From Clostridia bacterium (GTDB taxonomy: Bacteria > Bacillota > Clostridia > Christensenellales > UBA1242), in the NCBI GenBank assembly GCA_045655005.1, contig JAZOOJ010000001.1, forward strand, positions 19,473 through 83,472: a stretch of 64,000 nucleotides of DNA. The letters run 5' to 3'. Below the pieces are notes generated by a model. The model was not told the DNA's origin, did no database searches, and saw only the letters and a program-made list of their open reading frames with translations. Shown here in pieces: positions 58,062 to 64,000 of the stretch. The position numbers and the translations under genes were made by a program. Position 1 is the stretch's first letter. Each line of letters starts with the position of its first letter.

Positions 58062-59039
58062 ATGAATGAGAAAAGGAAATTTGAACCTAAGACCCCAGAG
58101 AAGTTTCACAGGTTGGTTGAAAGCGGAGAAGAAATTTTAATTGCTGGTGCGGGACAAGAAGGAAGTATAAAAATTGCTGATGGCGATATTGTGTCCGATG
58201 ATGTTTATAATTGGAAAGTTCCCGTAGTAAGAAAGTGCGTAGATAGACTTGGCAATCACTACGGCAGAGCATTTATGCTGGTAAAGGATAAATTCGGATT
58301 GATGTATTTATTAAAACATAGACTAGAATATAATCAAATGGACGAGTGCTTCCATTCGTTTTGTACGGCATTTGATGTAGTAAGCGATTCCGAATTGAGT
58401 CAATACGAAAAATTGTGTGTACGACACGGTTGGAATGCTCCACATATTGAACCAATACAAATAATCTCAGGGGGAAAAGAGATTAAAGATCTTGGTCAGT
58501 TATGGTTGCTTGAAAACCATCATACTAAATTGTTGCACAAAGCAAAGAAATTAACATTACCAAAGCAAGCAAACGCCATATTTAACGATGCCAATCCTGA
58601 TGTATATTTGTCGCTGTTTATGACACAAAACTATGCATATGACAGAGGTATTGGTAAAAACACAATGGGAACAGCAGAGCAAATAATTGCAAGACTGAAT
58701 CCGGATAAACCTAAAATTAAATTTGTTGGTGCTATGCAACCGTTGGATCTTGACCAAACGTTCAAAAGAAAGATGGGTGACCGCTCGCTTGAGATGATTG
58801 ATGAATATGGAGAGCGACATTTAGACGATTGCTATTGTGCAATTGCAAGTGTTTATCAAAAACTTGGTTTCACCGTTACGCCAATGACAAAAGTTGAGAG
58901 AGAGAAAGATGGAATGGTTTTTGTTCACAGGGCAACACTTCTTCAAAAGGAAATAAATCCAAATGTTATCTTACAAGACCCGAACTGTACAGTATCAAAA
59001 CACTTTGCAAACCCATTAGATGAAGAAGATATAATGTAG
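58062..59039 (+). CDS. Hypothetical protein (325 aa)
   Basis: Long ORF closely following the previous gene. No motif recognised. Confidence 0.6.
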   Translation: MNEKRKFEPKTPEKFHRLVESGEEILIAGAGQEGSIKIADGDIVSDDVYNWKVPVVRKCVDRLGNHYGRAFMLVKDKFGLMYLLKHRLEYNQMDECFHSFCTAFDVVSDSELSQYEKLCVRHGWNAPHIEPIQIISGGKEIKDLGQLWLLENHHTKLLHKAKKLTLPKQANAIFNDANPDVYLSLFMTQNYAYDRGIGKNTMGTAEQIIARLNPDKPKIKFVGAMQPLDLDQTFKRKMGDRSLEMIDEYGERHLDDCYCAIASVYQKLGFTVTPMTKVEREKDGMVFVHRATLLQKEINPNVILQDPNCTVSKHFANPLDEEDIM

Positions 59040-59054
59040 AGTAAATAATATATT

Positions 59055-59097
59055 AAAGCATACTGACTATAAGAAAAGTCAATATGCTTTTTTTATA
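59055..59097. terminator. Intrinsic terminator between convergent genes
   Basis: aaagcatactgact-loop-agtcaatatgcttt followed by tttt. Confidence 0.75.
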
Positions 59098-59153
59098 TGC
59101 ATCTGCCAGTACGATGGTATAATGTTAAAATCTTCCGTAATTGGTGCGGAACA

Positions 59154-59681
59154 TTAAAGCAGACAAAAGGCAAAATTAAGCACAAATATATACATAAGCC
59201 AAAGTGTCCATACTGTCATAAATATACCGGCACCTATACTAGAGTTATAATAGCGGTAGGTTAGATATATAGAGTAGCCAATAAGTACACCTAGAATACA
59301 ACAGCCAACAATAGGTAGAGTAAGCCCAAAGGTAAACAGAGGGTACAATAAAAATAATATTAAGTCAATCCCTAAGTGTATAAAATTTTCGTGAATTTCG
59401 TTTTTTGGTCGCTTGTTTGTATAATGCGAAAACCACATAAGGTAGGTTGCAAGACCTACGAAATCCAAGGCAATAAGTGTTAGATATTTTAATAGGTTGC
59501 TTGAAAGCGAAAAAGTTGGCTCGTTGCTTATAATAAAGTCGAATAAATTGTTGGCAGAGAGAAGATATGCAAGTAGGGCAATTATCATAGCACTTGCTAA
59601 GAATATGAAAAGATAGAAGAATGCTGTTTTAAAGTCTATTTGATTTTTGCTTTCGTAAGTCGTAGTAGATGTGTTTGACAT
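59154..59681 (-). CDS. Polytopic membrane protein (175 aa), possibly TspO/MBR-like
   Basis: Five hydrophobic segments and a Trp/Tyr-rich C-terminal helix (TVWTLWLMYIFVLNF). The family assignment is weak. Confidence 0.35.
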   Translation of the reverse strand: MSNTSTTTYESKNQIDFKTAFFYLFIFLASAMIIALLAYLLSANNLFDFIISNEPTFSLSSNLLKYLTLIALDFVGLATYLMWFSHYTNKRPKNEIHENFIHLGIDLILFLLYPLFTFGLTLPIVGCCILGVLIGYSIYLTYRYYNSSIGAGIFMTVWTLWLMYIFVLNFAFCLL

Positions 59682-59834
59682 ATTTTTACTCCAATGAAAG
59701 ATTTAAATAGATTATAGACAAATAAAAATATTTTATTCGCCAGTCTTTAAGAGAAATTAAAGTTGACAAAAGACTAAATTAATAGTATTATATCTTGGTA
59801 GAAATAAAGGTAAATTATATAAGAGAGGGTAATA

Positions 59835-61415
59835 ATGATTCAATGTACAAACGTTCGTCTTCAATTTGGAGCAAGGGTTCTATTTGAAGATGTAAACATC
59901 AAGTTTACTAAGGGTAATTGCTATGGTATAATTGGTGCCAATGGTGCGGGAAAGTCAACATTTTTAAAACTTTTAACTGGTGAACTTTCTCCAAGCAGTG
60001 GAGATATTTCAATCACAAAGGGTGAAAGAATGTCTGTTTTGGAGCAGAACCAAAATGCATATAACGATAAGACTGCGTTAGAAGTTGTTTTACTTGGGCA
60101 CAAAAAACTTGTTGAGATTATGAAAGAAAAGGACGCTCTTTATGCAAAGCCTGATTTCAGTGACGAGGACGGAATACGCGCTGGAGAACTTGAAACAGAA
60201 TTTGCTGAACTTGGTGGTTGGGAAGCTGAGGGCGAAGCCGAAACACTTTTAACTAACCTTGGTATTGACGAAGCGGATTTTCATAAGCTTATGGAAGATA
60301 TCGAACCAAAGCAAAAGGTAAAAGTTCTTCTTGCAAAGGCGTTGTTTATGAGCCCTGACATTTTGGTGCTTGACGAACCAACTAACAACCTAGATGCAAA
60401 GACTGTAAACTGGCTGGAAGAATATTTGATTGATTTTCCGAATATCATCATCGTTGTAAGCCATAACAGATATTTCCTAAACCGAATTTGCACACATACT
60501 TGCGACCTTGATTATGGGAAACTAAACTTGTTCTCTGGTAACTACGATATGTGGTATGAAACAAGCCAACTTTTAATTCGTCAAGCAAAAGAGCAAAATA
60601 AAAAAGCAGAACAACGTGCAAAAGAACTTCAAGAGTTTATTGCAAGATTCAGTGCTAATGCAAGTAAATCTCGACAAGCAACAAGCCGTAAAAAGGAGTT
60701 AGAGAAACTTGAATTCGCAGATGTAAAGGTTAGTTCAAGAAAGTACCCATATATTGATTTCAGACCTGAAAGAGAAGTTGGAAATGATATTTTATCGGTT
60801 GAAAATCTAACAAAAAAAGGCTATTTTGAGAACGTTAGCTTTGTTCTTAATAAAGATGATAAAATCGGATTTTTAAGCGATAAAAGCACAACCACAACAA
60901 TGCTATTTAAGATACTTGCTGGCGAAGAAGAGCCAGATAGTGGCTCATACAAGTGGGGTTCAACAATAACTGCGGGATATTTACCTGAAAACAATGAATC
61001 ATATTTTGCTGGGGTTGATTTAAACCTTGTACAATGGCTTGGTCAGTATGCAAAGGAAAAAGACCAAAGAGATGAAACTTTCCTTCGTGGCTGGCTTGGC
61101 AGAATGTTATTTACTGGCGAAGAAAGCCAAAAGAAAGCAAAGGTAATAAGCGGTGGTGAAAGGGTTAGATGTATGTTAAGCCGTGCGATGTTAAAGGGCA
61201 GTAATGTCTTAATTTTTGATGAGCCAACCAACCACTTAGACCTTGAAAGTATAACAAGTTTAAATAAGGGAATGATTAATTTTAAAGGTCCAATTCTTTT
61301 CACCTCTCACGACCACGAGCTTATGCAAACGGTTGCTAACAGAATAATTGTTATAAATTCAACAAAAGAGTTTGACCGTCAAACAACGTATAACGATTAT
61401 TTGGGAATAGAATAA
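59835..61415 (+). CDS. ABC-F family ATPase (YbiT/EttA-like translation factor type)
   Basis: Two ABC cassettes (GANGAGKST ... LDEPTNNLD, and LSGGERVR ... FDEPTNHLD), with a charged inter-domain linker and no TM domain. Confidence 0.9.
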   Translation: MIQCTNVRLQFGARVLFEDVNIKFTKGNCYGIIGANGAGKSTFLKLLTGELSPSSGDISITKGERMSVLEQNQNAYNDKTALEVVLLGHKKLVEIMKEKDALYAKPDFSDEDGIRAGELETEFAELGGWEAEGEAETLLTNLGIDEADFHKLMEDIEPKQKVKVLLAKALFMSPDILVLDEPTNNLDAKTVNWLEEYLIDFPNIIIVVSHNRYFLNRICTHTCDLDYGKLNLFSGNYDMWYETSQLLIRQAKEQNKKAEQRAKELQEFIARFSANASKSRQATSRKKELEKLEFADVKVSSRKYPYIDFRPEREVGNDILSVENLTKKGYFENVSFVLNKDDKIGFLSDKSTTTTMLFKILAGEEEPDSGSYKWGSTITAGYLPENNESYFAGVDLNLVQWLGQYAKEKDQRDETFLRGWLGRMLFTGEESQKKAKVISGGERVRCMLSRAMLKGSNVLIFDEPTNHLDLESITSLNKGMINFKGPILFTSHDHELMQTVANRIIVINSTKEFDRQTTYNDYLGIE

Positions 61416-61477
61416 GGATATCGAAATAACGATTAAATATACTACAAATAAAATATTTAAAAATTTAAAAAAAATAG

Positions 61478-61506
61478 TTGACAATGTTTGAAGATTGTAG
61501 TATATT
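61478..61506 (+). promoter_or_regulatory. Sigma-A promoter of the tRNA operon (TTGACA-17-TATATT)
   Basis: TTGACA at 61478-61483 and TATATT at 61501-61506, about 90 nt upstream of tRNA-Pro. Confidence 0.6.
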
Positions 61507-61594
61507 TAATATGTTGTTAGCGTGTGTTACACGCAAAGCAATAAAATTTAATAGCCAAAACTTTTGGAAACACACGTCTTTAAAAGTTTATTGT

Positions 61595-61671
61595 CGGGGT
61601 GTGGCGTAGCTTGGTAGCGCGCGTGGTTTGGGTCCATGAGGTCGGGAGTTCGAATCTCTCCACCCCGACCA
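61595..61671 (+). tRNA. tRNA-Pro (anticodon TGG)
   Basis: Cloverleaf folded by hand. Acceptor cggggtg/caccccg, anticodon loop ttTGGgt, TTCGAAT T-loop and encoded CCA. Confidence 0.93.
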
Positions 61672-61697
61672 TATAAAACATTTCACTTGAAGGGTTT

Positions 61698-61774
61698 GGA
61701 CCTTTAGCTCAGTTGGTTAGAGCAACCGGCTCATAACCGGTTTGTCCGCGGTTCAAGTCCGTGAAGGTCCACCA
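61698..61774 (+). tRNA. tRNA with CAT anticodon, most likely tRNA-Ile2 (lysidine) rather than elongator Met
   Basis: Acceptor ggacctt/aaggtcc, anticodon loop ctCATaa and encoded CCA. The C4-G69 and C5-G68 pairs and overall similarity to ileX-type tRNAs favour Ile2. Confidence 0.9.
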
Positions 61775-61781
61775 AAAATTT

Positions 61782-61858
61782 GGCTCCATAGCTCAGTTGG
61801 TTAGAGCGCTAGCCTGTCACGCTAGAGGTCGACGGTTCGAGCCCGTTTGGAGTCGCCA
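61782..61858 (+). tRNA. tRNA-Asp (anticodon GTC)
   Basis: ggctcca/tggagtc acceptor, anticodon loop ctGTCac, GGTTCGAGCCC T-arm and encoded CCA. Confidence 0.93.
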
Positions 61859-61903
61859 TTATTTTTAAAGATAAAGTTTTCCAAAAGTTTTGACAAGAAT
61901 TTT

Positions 61904-61979
61904 GCCTTGGTAGCTCAGTCGGTAGAGCAGGGGACTGAAAATCCCCGTGTCGGTGGTTCGATTCCGCCCTAAGGCACCA
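61904..61979 (+). tRNA. tRNA-Phe (anticodon GAA)
   Basis: gccttgg/cctaaggc acceptor, anticodon loop ctGAAaa, GGTTCGATTCC T-arm and encoded CCA. Confidence 0.93.
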
Positions 61980-61988
61980 AAAATTCAT

Positions 61989-62063
<75 letters not shown>

Positions 62064-62070
62064 TTTTTTT

Positions 62071-62155
62071 GGGAGAGTTCCAGAGCGGCCAAATGGAACG
62101 GACTGTAAATCCGTCGACTATGTCTTCGATGGTTCAAATCCATCCTCTCCCACCA
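62071..62155 (+). tRNA. tRNA-Tyr (anticodon GTA), class II with long variable arm
   Basis: gggagag/ctctccc acceptor, anticodon loop ctGTAaa, a long variable arm (cgactatgtcttcg) and encoded CCA. Confidence 0.92.
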
Positions 62156-62157
62156 AG

Positions 62158-62191
62158 TAGGGTTGTGCATAAAGCACAATCCTATTTTTTT
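62158..62191 (+). terminator. Intrinsic terminator of the tRNA operon
   Basis: tagggttgtgc-ataaa-gcacaatccta followed by ttttttt. Confidence 0.88.
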
Positions 62192-62328
62192 GTTAATAAA
62201 TTTTGTTTTTCATTTTTTATTCAAGGCACAAGTAGGGGTATCAATCATAAATTGTACAAAATTTCACTATTGACATAAATTTAATTCAATGTTAAAATTA
62301 TTTTACTAATTAATAAGGTGGTAAATTT

Positions 62329-63630
62329 ATGGACGAGAACACAATGGTTAATATTGCTACTAGAATTGTTCAAGAGTATAAACAATATGGTTATACGCAA
62401 AGCGTAAAAAATAAAATATTGATGTTTAGAAGTGATAAGAATTTTGCAGAGTTAGTGGCAAAATTGGCATATCGAGATTTTGATTTGTTTAAAAAGATTA
62501 TTAGAGAAAAAGAGATAAAATTTAATTATTCGCAAGTTACTTCATTTTTTAATCCTATTGAATTTCGTCTTGAATGGGCTCTTAGGAATGGCGTTAAAGG
62601 AATGGGTTTTGATGAGAAAAGAGTTTTAAGCGATATAAGTTTTAGACAAAACATTGCTTGGGCTTTTCAGCAATATACTACAAGTTATCACGCAGTAAGA
62701 TTTTCGGCAATTTATCCTAATCAAAAAAATCCGCACGAGGGCAAGATTCAGAAAATTCAAAGATTTCCAGGAAGCGAGCAATTAACTGCAAGGGAAATTT
62801 TAGAAAAAGAATTAAAAGAACATCCAAATGTAGTTGAAGATATAATCGATGAGCAAACCTTTGATGATGAGCTTATTATCTCGCCAGAGCTTGTTGATAT
62901 AATATTGGCAAACAATCCAAGCGAATCGTTGTTGCATACTCTTTTATACAGGACTTATCAGAGGGGCAAAAGTCGTGGTGATCTCCTTGAAAAATACGCC
63001 GAGATTGCAGAGTCTCCAGATAGTGTAATGAATTTTTTAGACTCTGAAAAAAGAAGGTGTAGTGTGGCTTCACCTTCAGATTATGACTCGCCAGCAGACA
63101 GCATTTACCTTACTTATTTCAATTTGTTCCGTACGCATATTAAAGCGGTAGATAGAGCAATGGAAATTGCTTTTGGTAGAGATGACTATTTTGCCGGTGC
63201 AGAAGACTTTGAAATTCACACCGAACTTCAAAAAAGGGTATATCATTATACTGATGTAAATGCATATGTTTGCGGAGATGCTCTAAAAGCACTTGCAAAA
63301 ACCGCCTTTAAAACATTAAGAGAAAGAAGTCTTGTAAAAGAAAAGGCAGAGTTGCGTAAGTTTTTGCTATATGGAAACAGAAATGTTGTTGATATTATGA
63401 CAAAAGCCTTTATTGATATTGCGTCCACCGGGCATATTGATGAATTGCTTGGAGTTCTTTCATATAATAAAGAAGATGTAGTACAACTTTTTATGTCTTG
63501 TTATGAAGATGAGTCGCAAGTAGAAAGTATATTGCAAAATTTTGGAAGATATGAAGAAAAGTTAAATGAAAAGCTGTTGGGAATAAAGGAATATCTACAA
63601 GAAGCATCTCAAGCGGACGAGCAAGATTAA
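62329..63630 (+). CDS. Hypothetical protein (433 aa), first of two tandem paralogs
   Basis: aaggtgg RBS, with a TTGACA / TGtTAAAAT promoter upstream. The N-terminus shares GYTQSV(K/R)NKILMFRS and WALRNG with the next ORF. Confidence 0.7.
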   Translation: MDENTMVNIATRIVQEYKQYGYTQSVKNKILMFRSDKNFAELVAKLAYRDFDLFKKIIREKEIKFNYSQVTSFFNPIEFRLEWALRNGVKGMGFDEKRVLSDISFRQNIAWAFQQYTTSYHAVRFSAIYPNQKNPHEGKIQKIQRFPGSEQLTAREILEKELKEHPNVVEDIIDEQTFDDELIISPELVDIILANNPSESLLHTLLYRTYQRGKSRGDLLEKYAEIAESPDSVMNFLDSEKRRCSVASPSDYDSPADSIYLTYFNLFRTHIKAVDRAMEIAFGRDDYFAGAEDFEIHTELQKRVYHYTDVNAYVCGDALKALAKTAFKTLRERSLVKEKAELRKFLLYGNRNVVDIMTKAFIDIASTGHIDELLGVLSYNKEDVVQLFMSCYEDESQVESILQNFGRYEEKLNEKLLGIKEYLQEASQADEQD

Positions 63631-63677
63631 TCTAAAATAACTGTCTGGGTTATTCAAGGAGTGAGTCAAAAGGGATT

Positions 63678-64000
63678 ATGGATATACTACGAGAAAGTAA
63701 AATAGCAGAGAATATAAGAAACGAATACAGGAAATTCGGATATACTCAAAGTGTAAGAAATAAAATATTGATGTTTAGGTCAAGTGAGAGATTTGGGAAC
63801 ATTTTATCGATGCTTGACGACGATTTACTGAAAAAGGTGTTTCAAGAAAAAGCAATAAAAATAAATTATGATATTGCTTGTCGTTTCGATGAAAGACAAA
63901 AGCTTGCGTGGGCACTTAGGAATGGAAAGAAGAATTTGGGTAAAGACGAAAAGAAGATATTGGCCGAACACGCACACAAAGAAAATGTTCGTTGGGCAGT
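63678..64000 (+). CDS. Hypothetical protein, second tandem paralog; 5' part only, continues past the right edge
   Basis: Hand translation from ATG 63678 (aaaggga RBS) gives MDILRESKIAENIRNEYRKFGYTQSVRNKILMFRSSERF...LAWALRNGKKNLGKDEKK, with no stop up to position 64000. Confidence 0.7.
   Translation, partial: MDILRESKIAENIRNEYRKFGYTQSVRNKILMFRSSERFGNILSMLDDDLLKKVFQEKAIKINYDIACRFDERQKLAWALRNGKKNLGKDEKKILAEHAHKENVRWA

Overview
AT-rich chromosomal segment of an endospore-forming, low-GC Firmicutes-type bacterium. The standard code applies: TGA is used as a stop, for example at 43510-43512. Most of the window is housekeeping or sporulation genes in Bacillus/Clostridium-like synteny. These include a pro-sigma E/K-type factor, RNase P RNA, helD, rarA, lepA-hemW-hrcA(CIRCE)-grpE-dnaK-dnaJ, holB-ricT-trmN6-like...tatD-rsmA, spmAB, two D-Ala-D-Ala carboxypeptidases, scpAB, ytfI/ytfJ-like genes, rluB, plsC, an ABC-F ATPase and a six-tRNA operon (Pro, CAT, Asp, Phe, Thr, Tyr). 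I saw no CRISPR array, transposase, integrase or rRNA. The standout is a 12.4 kb block (13.2-25.8 kb) between helD and rarA. It encodes four mutually homologous giant proteins (1297, 1221, 773 and 771 aa) in which I recognise no domain. The two long forms carry an extra conserved N-terminal module of about 430 aa, and each long form is driven by a near-identical perfect extended -10 promoter preceded by a C-tract. Other lineage-specific material includes an rnpB-adjacent group of orphan genes, one of them a 593-aa Ala/Lys/Glu-rich coiled-coil protein with a nearly perfect 99-bp tandem duplication. A second pair of tandem paralogs lies just downstream of the tRNA operon. All functional calls come from motif recognition by eye in the supplied translations; no database search was possible.
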